A stretch of DNA of 27,127 nucleotides, from IMG/VR virus record IMGVR_UViG_3300027863_000148, positions 1-27,127 of that record; one strand, given 5' to 3'. Below, in pieces: positions 16,200 through 24,388 of the stretch (the first letter of the stretch is position 1; each line of letters begins with the position of its first letter). The notes under the pieces are model-generated. The model saw only the letters and a program-made list of their open reading frames with translations. It was not told where the DNA came from and ran no database searches. The stretch comes from a virus. Lineage: Duplodnaviria; Caudoviricetes. A program made the translations under genes and the position numbers.

Positions 16200-16229
16200 T
16201 TGACTCATGAAGTGCTGGTGGGATACCAT
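16200..16229 (+). promoter_or_regulatory. Probable sigma70-type promoter P3 (TTGACT-18 bp-TACCAT)
   Basis: Intergenic; shares TGGGATA at the -10 edge with P1 and P2, and shares CCATCAAACA with P2. Confidence 0.65.
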
Positions 16230-16249
16230 CAAACAAAGTCGGGGAGAAG

Positions 16250-17323
16250 ATGGCGAAAGAAGATGATCTGATTTTTGGTGCGAGGTCGGGAATCCAGAAG
16301 GCCGTGCGGAGGTGCGACCTGGACCTGGCCCGCACGTGCTTTGACCTCCTGTGGTCCGTGAAGGCTCAGCGTCAGTGGCTCAAGTGGAGGCTCGCGTCCA
16401 TCGTGAACGAGGACTGCTGGCCTATGGTTGGGGAGTTGGCGCAGTTCTTCACGAAACTGAGGAAGAGCCAGGACGAGTCTGCTCCAGCACTCACCCCAGA
16501 GGAGGACGAGAAGCTCTGGCGAAAGATGGTCTACGAGACGGTGCTCGCTCCGAAACAGAAGGACGGAGCCGCCTTGTTCTTCATGGCGCTGGAGCTGGTG
16601 GAGAGAGGGTATCCGTTTGCACGTCGTGGAGACCTCCACCCAGAGATGGTGACGATGCTCGAGTTCGTCGACCAGTTGGGAAGAGAGGGCGATCCGGCAG
16701 ACGCCGCAGAGACGTACCTGGAAAGCCTGATCAAGACGAACGAGGTGGAGCCGTTCTTGTCCGGCTATGAGATCCCAGCGTTGAGGATGCTGGCGAAGAG
16801 AACCAGGATGGGAGGCATGCTCGGGGATCGTCAGTGCGCGTTGGCAACGATGGTGCTGGTGAGCCACCGAGGTCTGAAGCAGAAGGACGTGCAGGCCGGA
16901 GTCAAGAGAGGGTTGGGAGCCTGGGTTGACCGGGTTGGGAGAAAGAGGCCGAGAACCGTGGAGATGCCGTGGTACGTGTTCGACATGCACACCGCCGCAG
17001 GCAAGATGGCGCTGTACACGTATCTGAAACACTACGCCAAGCCGCACGCTATTGGCTATAACCGGCTCAACAAGATGTGGTTCCAGTTGGAGTCCAACTT
17101 CTCACCCGAGTACGCGATAGAATACGCCCCGTTGAGCAAGAAGCCGGGGATCTGGCAGTGCGTGTGGCACCAACCGTATCTCGATCTGAAGATGCCAGAA
17201 GAGGGCCTGTCGAGGGCTGAGGTCGAGACGAAGTGGGCCGAGAAGGTCCGCCCGAAGCTGATAGAGCTGGTAGCGTGGGCGCTCGAGAAGCGGGAGGACC
17301 GTGAGGAGAGCAAGAAGAAATGA
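16250..17323 (+). CDS. Protein with an MgsA/RarA C-terminal-like helical domain and no ATPase domain
   Basis: RSGIQKAVRRCD...L..IVNED and PWYVFDMHT..GK resemble the S..QK..RR/ED/D.HT signature; no Walker A. Confidence 0.6.
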   Translation: MAKEDDLIFGARSGIQKAVRRCDLDLARTCFDLLWSVKAQRQWLKWRLASIVNEDCWPMVGELAQFFTKLRKSQDESAPALTPEEDEKLWRKMVYETVLAPKQKDGAALFFMALELVERGYPFARRGDLHPEMVTMLEFVDQLGREGDPADAAETYLESLIKTNEVEPFLSGYEIPALRMLAKRTRMGGMLGDRQCALATMVLVSHRGLKQKDVQAGVKRGLGAWVDRVGRKRPRTVEMPWYVFDMHTAAGKMALYTYLKHYAKPHAIGYNRLNKMWFQLESNFSPEYAIEYAPLSKKPGIWQCVWHQPYLDLKMPEEGLSRAEVETKWAEKVRPKLIELVAWALEKREDREESKKK

Positions 17324-18831
17324 CGGAGCAGGTTGACCCGAAAAGTTGTCAGAGTTCGCTGACCTGCTTCGCGGTTCCTGCATCGGGTCTTGGCGGCACG
17401 AACGCATTGAGCGACAGTGGCATCATCCTCCTCTACGAGGTGGCGAAGGCCATGTTCAAGCTGTTCGGCACCAAGACCCTGCTTTATGTTGAGAATCGCT
17501 ACCGGGAGACGATCGACGCCAGGAACAACGAAGAGGAGACCGGCGTGTACACGATCTCGCCTCCGACCGACCGGCTGCCGAAGAGGTCGTCAGAGGTCCC
17601 GGTGGACAATGAGTCAGCGAATAACTACCTGAATGGCATGGTGTGCCCTGTCGATTGGGTCTACTCGAACCGCAAGCACATGATCTCGCACCTGCGCCTG
17701 CAGTCCGATGACCACTGGCACAACATGATCGTGCCGGTGGTGATGCGGATCATGGTTGCCGGGCATGAGTCGTCCGACGTAGCCACGCAGTCGCCGTGGC
17801 CCACGTCCCTGTTGAACGAAGCTGCGTCGTACCTGTCCGCCGATTGGGTGGTGTGGAACGCACCGCACCAGAAGGCCAGAGGGTTCGCGATAGCCAGGCA
17901 CTACCTGTCACCAGCCTACGTCAGAAAGCTCGAAGCCAAGTCCAGCTTCTGTGGGGAGAGCCTGCCGCCAGATCTCCGTGGAGTCATGCTCTCTGATGAA
18001 GACGTGAAGAAGCGGCTGCAGACCCCGCAGGACCCGTTCAGAGTATCGTTCATCGGCCGGATGTCCGGTGCAAAGAATGTGCCATTCATCCTCGACGTGA
18101 TGCAACCACTGTTCGCACGCCACGGCATCCAGATGGAGGTGGTCACGACTGGCACGATGGCGATCCTCGAAGGTGGGTTCAAGCGGACGAACCCGACCGA
18201 CGCGTCGAAGAACCTGATCGGCAGTATCGAGTCCGGTGGGCGCCAGGGACGGCACGTGTACATCAACGACATCCTGCCGAGGCAGCAGTGTATCCTGTAT
18301 GCCAGTCCGCGGGAAGGTCATGCAGCAGTCCCGAGGGAGACGGCGGTGGTTGGAGTCCCGACGATCCTGCCAGACCGCCCGTGGGTACGTGGGACGCTGT
18401 ACGACCTGAAGTATCCGTTCATCTACCAGAACGAGAATGAGGCGCTGGCGATGGTGCTGAAGATCCGTGATGGCCGGGTGACGGATGAGGAGGTCGCACA
18501 GTTCAACGTCATGAGGCATGACCCGCGAGTCGCGTATTTTCACGACATGGCGGCACAAGACCTGCACGACATCGCCAGTAAGCTTGCTGGGAATCAGATG
18601 AGGGTGTTCCGGCGCAGGAGTTATAGCAGGCTTGCCGAGGCGTTTGAAAAGTGTGTCGGAGTTGGGGAACAGTTCCGGTGGCGGGATCTCCCCAAGATGT
18701 TCCTGAAGAAGGCGAATGTGACGGTAGGAGAGAATCAAGGCACGTACTCGCTGATGCATTTTTATCGCTTCCTCGAGGACCGCTTTGAGTGTGTGCACCC
18801 ACGCGAAGGGATATTCCGGCGCCTGAAGTAG
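17320..18831 (+). CDS. GT-B fold (GT4-like) glycosyltransferase with a C-terminal extension
   Basis: RVSFIGRMSGAKN; SPREGHAAVPRETAVVGVPTILPD (E-X7-E motif). Confidence 0.75.
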   Translation: MTEQVDPKSCQSSLTCFAVPASGLGGTNALSDSGIILLYEVAKAMFKLFGTKTLLYVENRYRETIDARNNEEETGVYTISPPTDRLPKRSSEVPVDNESANNYLNGMVCPVDWVYSNRKHMISHLRLQSDDHWHNMIVPVVMRIMVAGHESSDVATQSPWPTSLLNEAASYLSADWVVWNAPHQKARGFAIARHYLSPAYVRKLEAKSSFCGESLPPDLRGVMLSDEDVKKRLQTPQDPFRVSFIGRMSGAKNVPFILDVMQPLFARHGIQMEVVTTGTMAILEGGFKRTNPTDASKNLIGSIESGGRQGRHVYINDILPRQQCILYASPREGHAAVPRETAVVGVPTILPDRPWVRGTLYDLKYPFIYQNENEALAMVLKIRDGRVTDEEVAQFNVMRHDPRVAYFHDMAAQDLHDIASKLAGNQMRVFRRRSYSRLAEAFEKCVGVGEQFRWRDLPKMFLKKANVTVGENQGTYSLMHFYRFLEDRFECVHPREGIFRRLK

Positions 18832-18859
18832 CCGGTATCAACTCCGCGGAGGTGGTAGT

Positions 18860-19573
18860 TTGAAGACTTTGATCGTAGGTAATGGTGAGGTGGGCTCCGC
18901 ACTGGCCGCAGTGCTGAGCCCGTTTTATGATTTGGTGCTTCGGGACGTCGAGCACGTCGAATGTGACCCGGACATCATGCACGTGTGCTTTCCATACTCC
19001 GAAAAGTTCATCGAGCAGGTGCATGAATACCAGAAGATGTACATACCAGCGCTGACAGTGATTCACAGCACAGTGCCTGTCGGCACGAGCCGGAAGTGTG
19101 GGGCCGTGCACAGCCCGATCCGTGGGAACCACCCGTTCCTCGCTGAGGGAATCGCCTCGTTCGTCAAGTTTGTTGGAGGTCCGAGCCCAGAAGTCGACAT
19201 AGTCGCTGAGTACTTCCGTCGCGCCAGTATGAAGGTCTACTTGTGCAGGACGTCAGAGGCGACTGAGCTTGCGAAGATCGTTGACACCACGTTCTATGCC
19301 GTCTGTATCGAATACGTGAAGGAGATCGACCGGATTTGCAATCGCTTGCAGGTTCCGTTTGCCGAGGCGTTCACGCTCTGGCAGCAGACGTACAACGAGG
19401 GCTGGACCGATCTGGGATACCCAGAATACAACCGCCCGGTACTCGCGCCGATTCAGGGGCGTCAAGGAGGCCACTGTACGCTGAACAACCTGCCGTTCCT
19501 TCTCCAACACGGCTCAGAGTTTGCGAGGCTTGTCCATGAGCTGAACACAGCCAAGAGTGGAGGTAGGTCATGA
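18860..19573 (+). CDS. Short UDP-glucose/GDP-mannose dehydrogenase-family protein (lacks the usual C-terminal domain)
   Basis: IVGNGEVG Rossmann motif; IHSTVPVGT; ELAK; GGHC catalytic motif. Confidence 0.8.
   Translation: MKTLIVGNGEVGSALAAVLSPFYDLVLRDVEHVECDPDIMHVCFPYSEKFIEQVHEYQKMYIPALTVIHSTVPVGTSRKCGAVHSPIRGNHPFLAEGIASFVKFVGGPSPEVDIVAEYFRRASMKVYLCRTSEATELAKIVDTTFYAVCIEYVKEIDRICNRLQVPFAEAFTLWQQTYNEGWTDLGYPEYNRPVLAPIQGRQGGHCTLNNLPFLLQHGSEFARLVHELNTAKSGGRS
19337..19350 (+). repeat. 14-bp motif, copy 10
   Basis: Exact match; encodes CNRLQ. Confidence 0.9.
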
Positions 19574-20478
19574 CGATCCAGTTTCCGGAAACCGTCATGA
19601 TCCCGCGGGAGAAGATCCGACCGAACGCATGGAACCCGAACGTCATGAAGGACGACCTGTTCAATGAGCTGGTCGCAAACTTCGAGCAGTTGGGTTTCGT
19701 GCAGGACGTGGTCGTCTCTCCTCTGCCGGAAGAGGAGGCAGAGACGACGGGATATGACTACCAGATCGTGGATGGAGAGCACCGATTCGATGGACTTGGA
19801 ATCCTGGCTCCTGAGCTGGAGGTTGTGCCCTGTAAGGTCGTCAACATCCCGGAGGACCAGCAGAAGTTCCAAACCGTGAAGCTGAACCGTTTGCGTGGGC
19901 AGTTCGACCGCAAGCGGTTCGATGCTTTGGTGCGGGATTTGATGCAGAGGTACTCATTCGAGGAAGTCGCGGCGCACATGGCTTTCACGGATGTGACCGA
20001 GCTTGAGCGCATGATCGAGTCCACGAGGGAGACGTTGCCACCGGAGATGAGGGACGAATTCGATAAGGCGAAGGACGAGATCCGTACCGTCGACGACCTC
20101 AGCCTGGTGCTGAACCGACTGTTCACGAAGTATGGCGACACTTTGCCGTTTAATTTCATGGTGTTAGACTTCGGTGGCAGGGAGCACTTGTGGGTGAGGA
20201 TGGAACGTATGGAGTTCAAGCGGGCACTCGCCAAGGCCAGGGACTGCATGGCTGCCGGTGTGACGTTCGACTCCGTGGTGACCCGCTTGCTCGACGTCCT
20301 GCCTGTTGACAAGTTTGTCAACAGCCACAGAGACTTCCTGAAGGAGCCGGACCCAGCAGAACTGTCGAAGGGCAGGGTGTATAGTGTAGGCCCGTCCCAG
20401 ACCATAGACGCACTGCTGGCCGAGAGTGACCAACCTCCCGATTTGCAATCGCTTGCAACGAAGGAGGGTGATGGATGA
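19570..20478 (+). CDS. ParB/Srx N-terminal domain protein
   Basis: IRPNAWNPNVM; GFVQDVVV; YQIVDGEHR; LNRLRG. Confidence 0.85.
   Translation: MTIQFPETVMIPREKIRPNAWNPNVMKDDLFNELVANFEQLGFVQDVVVSPLPEEEAETTGYDYQIVDGEHRFDGLGILAPELEVVPCKVVNIPEDQQKFQTVKLNRLRGQFDRKRFDALVRDLMQRYSFEEVAAHMAFTDVTELERMIESTRETLPPEMRDEFDKAKDEIRTVDDLSLVLNRLFTKYGDTLPFNFMVLDFGGREHLWVRMERMEFKRALAKARDCMAAGVTFDSVVTRLLDVLPVDKFVNSHRDFLKEPDPAELSKGRVYSVGPSQTIDALLAESDQPPDLQSLATKEGDG
20444..20457 (+). repeat. 14-bp motif, copy 11 (3' end of the ParB-like gene)
   Basis: Exact match, 16-bp extended form. Confidence 0.9.
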
Positions 20479-21221
20479 ACGGCACCGCCACCAGCCTGAG
20501 CGATAAGGTTCTGCTGACCGACGACGCCCTGATCAAGGTCTTGCGGGACGCTGTAGCTCCGGTCGGCAAGCGGGCCTCGTGGCTGAGGCATCTGAATGAT
20601 CGGCAGCTCGCCGAGGTGTACTGGCGTCTGAGAGATGGACAGCCAGCGCACCGCGTGACGAGGTATGTACAAAACGAGTGGGGCATCCAGAGGCAGTCAG
20701 CGACGAAGTCTCTTGCCAGATCGGTGAGAGACTTTCGTGATAAGGTGTTGGGTGAGCTGGGCACGGTGACAGTGTCGACCGGCAGGCAGCCCAATGACAT
20801 GACGCCAGCGAAAGAGATCAGCAAGGAACTTGCCATCCGAGCCCAGCGAGTCGGTGGCAAGATCAACGTCCTGGAGCATTATGCCTGGTTGATCGGTCTG
20901 CAGTCGGAGAGGATCGAGCAGTTGAGAGAGCGTGAGAAAGCTTCGATTCCGTTCCGGCACACGAGCAACGACGTCAGGATCTTGGGAGAGCTGCTGGGCC
21001 AGTACGCCCGGCTGCAGATCGAGCTTGGCGTGGTTCCGTCGGTTCCGCAGGAGTTCAACCTGAAGGTGAAGCACAGCTTCCAGGGCCTGGTTGACCAGAT
21101 GGGCGGTGATGGCTCGAAGGCCGTGACTGCGCTCGACAACTTCCTGAAGTGGGCGGACGACAATTCCGTTCAGATGGTGCAGGACCCGGAGAGCGGGTCC
21201 TACGTCCCGGTGAAACAGTAG
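20475..21221 (+). CDS. Putative terminase small subunit
   Basis: Directly precedes TerL; N-terminal HTH-like segment followed by helical coiled regions. Assignment is positional. Confidence 0.5.
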   Translation: MNGTATSLSDKVLLTDDALIKVLRDAVAPVGKRASWLRHLNDRQLAEVYWRLRDGQPAHRVTRYVQNEWGIQRQSATKSLARSVRDFRDKVLGELGTVTVSTGRQPNDMTPAKEISKELAIRAQRVGGKINVLEHYAWLIGLQSERIEQLREREKASIPFRHTSNDVRILGELLGQYARLQIELGVVPSVPQEFNLKVKHSFQGLVDQMGGDGSKAVTALDNFLKWADDNSVQMVQDPESGSYVPVKQ

Positions 21222-24185
21222 ATGGAAGCCTATAGCCGAACGAACAAGTTCCTGTCGTTGAGCAAGGCAGAAGAGGCCATAAGTATGTTCTGCAAGGCCG
21301 CAGGTATGCCTGAGCAGACGGGAAAGACGTTCGAGCAGTTTGTCAGGTTCGTGGAGCCGGTTAGCATTGACGGTGATATGATGGTGCCGCTGCCAGAGTT
21401 GAATGGGTTCTTCAGCAACCTGAGGAAGGCACTGCAGTACCACGATCCGAGACTGCTGTTCGAGAAGCGTGGGCTCCGGGTCCGACATGTTGCGGACATC
21501 CAGGAGTTCGTGGAGAGCCCGGAGTACATGGGTCAGAAGGCGCATGTGCGACCGAGGATTATGCAGGAACTGATCCGACTGTTTGCCACCGACCAGTACG
21601 TAGAAGCGGTGCTGTGTTTGGCTGAAGATACGCCCGTGCCGTTGCTTGATGGGACAATGCCAACGATCAAAGAGTTGGCCGAGACCCGAGCGAATGATGA
21701 GTTCTGGGTCTACTCCCACGACGGGTATGGTTTCGTGCCAGGGAAGGCTCGGTTGCCTCACAAGACTGGACGTGATGTGCTGTGGAGGGTAACCTTCACA
21801 GACGGTACCTTTGTTGAGGGAAATGCCAGGCACCAGTTTATCACCACTTTTGGTGAGAAGGTTATGATTAAGGACTTGAAGCCTGGAGATAGATTGATCA
21901 GCATGTATGCTGAGGTCCGAAAGCTCGGATTAAGAGGCCAGGAGTATCTGCGGGAGGTTCACCCGCAAGCTGGAGGAAGAGGAAAGTTTATCCACCGTCA
22001 GGTGTTGGAATACACGACCGGAATTGAGAGGAGACCTGGGTGGTTATGTCACCATAAGAATTTCAAGTCTCTTGACAACCAGCCGGAGAACCTCGAGTGG
22101 AGAACGAAGGCTGATCATGATAGGTTGCATCATGATCTTGCTGTTCAGAATATCACAGCTTATAACAGTCGTCCGCATGCTGAGCGGAGGAAGATTGCCA
22201 AGGAGAACGGCCGCAAGGGAAAGAAGAGGTGGGATGATCCTGCCCAGAGGGTAGCTGCTGCAGAGAGAATGAGGATACGTAACCTCGCTGGGAACGCAAG
22301 TTTTGCAGCCCGGTTGTTCTGGGACTCTGAAGAAGGAGCAATCGAAAAGGGTCGACGTGCAGACCGAATGACTGAGATGAATCGTGCCAGGTCTAACCAT
22401 GTTGTAGAGAAGGTAGAATGTCTCGGAGTTGAGGTGGATGTATACTGCCTCAATGTCCCAGCGACTGGAGTTTTCTTTATCCAGGCCAGAGGTAAGAGCA
22501 AGTTCCGCTTGAATTGCGTCCTGAGTTCCAACACAGGAGGCATCGGTATCGGGAAGAACTACATGGCAGACCTTGCTATTGGGTATATGGTCTACCGCCT
22601 GTCGTGTTTCCACAATCCGCAGGCGGAGTATGACTTGGCGCCCGGATCGAACATCGTCTTCGTCATGCAGTCGATGAAGGTCCAGTTAGCCCAGAAGGTC
22701 GTGTTTGAGCAGTTTGGTGCCAGGCTCAGCGCAAGCCCGTACTTCCGCAAGTTCTTCCCGTACGACGCGATGCTGAAGACGGAGATGCGGTTCCCGAACC
22801 AGATCCTGGTCCTTCCGGTTGGAGGTCAGGACACCGCAGCGATCGGTATGAACGTGTTCGGTGGGCTGATCGACGAAATGAACTTCATGGCCCGGACGAT
22901 GGGTAGCAAGCACGTCCAGTACACGCACGAAGCGGAGTTTGACCAGGCCGAGAGGCTGTACACGACCCTGATCCGTCGTATGAAGTCCAGGTTTATGCAG
23001 TTGGGCAAGTTGCCGGGTAAGCTGCTGCTGATCTCATCAGTGAACTACCCCGGAGACTTCACCGACCGGAAGATTGAAGAGGCCAAGAAGGACAAAACGA
23101 TCTTCGTCATGAAGCTGGCGCAGTGGGAGTCGATCCCGGCCAGCAAGTATTGCGGAGACAAGTTCCTGGTCGAGGTCGGGAACGAAGTGAAGATGTCCCG
23201 CATCATCACCAGCCGTGAAGACGCGATTGATGAGCAGGATGTGATCGAGGTGCCTGTCGAGTACCGGCCGGACTTCGAGAGGGACGTCGTCGCGGCGTTG
23301 CGGGACCTTGCCGGGATATCAACCGGCTCGGCACACCCGTTCATCCCGTTCCGGCATCTGATCCAGAAGGCGCAAGACGACTTCGCCGCCATGACCGGCG
23401 GGAGTCAGTTGTTCACGATGGAGTCCTGCGTCCTGTCGAGGGTAGTTGGAGATCCGTACAGCCCAGAGTGGGAGAACATCGTCGCAGAGGAGTACCTCGA
23501 AGAGTTTGTGATGGGCCGGGACCAGGTGTTTGCGGCACACCTCGACGTTGGCATCACGCAGGATGCTGCTGGACTGGCACTCGGTCGCATCGTTGGATAC
23601 AAGCTGTTGCCTGCAGCCAAGCTGTGGGACGAAAGAGTCGGAGCGTTTGTCGAGGTTAGAGACCTACGGGCGCCGGTGTATCAGATCGACGGCTTGTTGC
23701 AGATCATGCCTCCGCCCGGCGGGGAGGTGGACTTGGAGTTGGTAAGAGACCTGCTGCTGTACCTGCACAGCAGGTTGAACCTGGGTTGGGTTAGCATGGA
23801 CACGTACCAGTCAGCTATGATGATCCAGGGTTTGAGGAGGCTCCGAGTGCGGGCTGGCGTCCTGTCGGTAGATCAGACGATGGGACCGTACGCAGAGCTG
23901 AAGCAGTCGATCAAGGACGGGCGGATTATGCTGCCGCCGCACTCAATCGCTGCAAGAGAGTTGCGAGAGGTAGAAAAGACCAAGAGAGAGAAGATCGACC
24001 ATCCGCAGGGTGGCTCGAAGGACTGCTCCGATGGTTTGGCAGGTGTGGTGTACATCCTCGGGAGGAAGGAAGCCAGGTACGGTCGCCCCGGCGTTCGGAG
24101 AAAGCCGGGACTCGCTGGTGGCGTTGATGAGGACGCCGTGAGGCACGTCAGAATCTCAAGTGGAAGGAGACGCCTATGGAGGTAG
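21222..24185 (+). CDS. terL: Terminase large subunit, intein-containing; about 681 aa after splicing
   Basis: Spliced Walker A EAVL-TGGIGIGKN; Walker B GLIDEMNF; LISS; nuclease AHLDVG...DAAG; DTYQS; KIDHPQGGSKDCSD. Confidence 0.9.
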   Translation: MEAYSRTNKFLSLSKAEEAISMFCKAAGMPEQTGKTFEQFVRFVEPVSIDGDMMVPLPELNGFFSNLRKALQYHDPRLLFEKRGLRVRHVADIQEFVESPEYMGQKAHVRPRIMQELIRLFATDQYVEAVLCLAEDTPVPLLDGTMPTIKELAETRANDEFWVYSHDGYGFVPGKARLPHKTGRDVLWRVTFTDGTFVEGNARHQFITTFGEKVMIKDLKPGDRLISMYAEVRKLGLRGQEYLREVHPQAGGRGKFIHRQVLEYTTGIERRPGWLCHHKNFKSLDNQPENLEWRTKADHDRLHHDLAVQNITAYNSRPHAERRKIAKENGRKGKKRWDDPAQRVAAAERMRIRNLAGNASFAARLFWDSEEGAIEKGRRADRMTEMNRARSNHVVEKVECLGVEVDVYCLNVPATGVFFIQARGKSKFRLNCVLSSNTGGIGIGKNYMADLAIGYMVYRLSCFHNPQAEYDLAPGSNIVFVMQSMKVQLAQKVVFEQFGARLSASPYFRKFFPYDAMLKTEMRFPNQILVLPVGGQDTAAIGMNVFGGLIDEMNFMARTMGSKHVQYTHEAEFDQAERLYTTLIRRMKSRFMQLGKLPGKLLLISSVNYPGDFTDRKIEEAKKDKTIFVMKLAQWESIPASKYCGDKFLVEVGNEVKMSRIITSREDAIDEQDVIEVPVEYRPDFERDVVAALRDLAGISTGSAHPFIPFRHLIQKAQDDFAAMTGGSQLFTMESCVLSRVVGDPYSPEWENIVAEEYLEEFVMGRDQVFAAHLDVGITQDAAGLALGRIVGYKLLPAAKLWDERVGAFVEVRDLRAPVYQIDGLLQIMPPPGGEVDLELVRDLLLYLHSRLNLGWVSMDTYQSAMMIQGLRRLRVRAGVLSVDQTMGPYAELKQSIKDGRIMLPPHSIAARELREVEKTKREKIDHPQGGSKDCSDGLAGVVYILGRKEARYGRPGVRRKPGLAGGVDEDAVRHVRISSGRRRLWR
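21615..22532 (+). mobile_element. Intein (306 aa) with an HNH endonuclease, just before TerL Walker A
   Basis: CLAEDTPVPLLDG; block B GNARHQF; HRQV...CHHKNFKSLDNQPENL HNH; DVYCLNV; ends VLSSN followed by Thr+1. Confidence 0.9.
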
Positions 24186-24388
24186 GAAGAAAGCGCTATG
24201 TAGTGACTGGTGGTGCTCGAGGAAGGGATGGTAAGTTTGAGCGTGTGCACCAACGATGGTCTCTCGATAACTTTGATGATGGGTACGTGGACGGTGATGG
24301 AAGGTTCCGGGTATATCTGCCGGAGCATCCGCGAGCTGCAAAGAATGGCTATCATGCTGCTGGTGGGAGATGGAGGGTTGCGCTATGA
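24176..24388 (+). pseudogene. Truncated HNH endonuclease remnant
   Basis: GYVDGDGRFRVYLPEHPRAAKNGY is the usual lead-in to EHR..HNH domains, but the catalytic part is absent. Confidence 0.5.

Noticed and set aside
21219-21224. TerS-TerL readthrough fusion (in-frame TAG ATG) or amber recoding
   Set aside because: An SD-like GGTGA (21209-21213) supports independent TerL initiation, and TAG terminates several other genes normally.
23944-23955. CAATCGCTGCAA as a 13th motif copy
   Set aside because: Has a 1-bp deletion and a mismatched left arm; could be chance.
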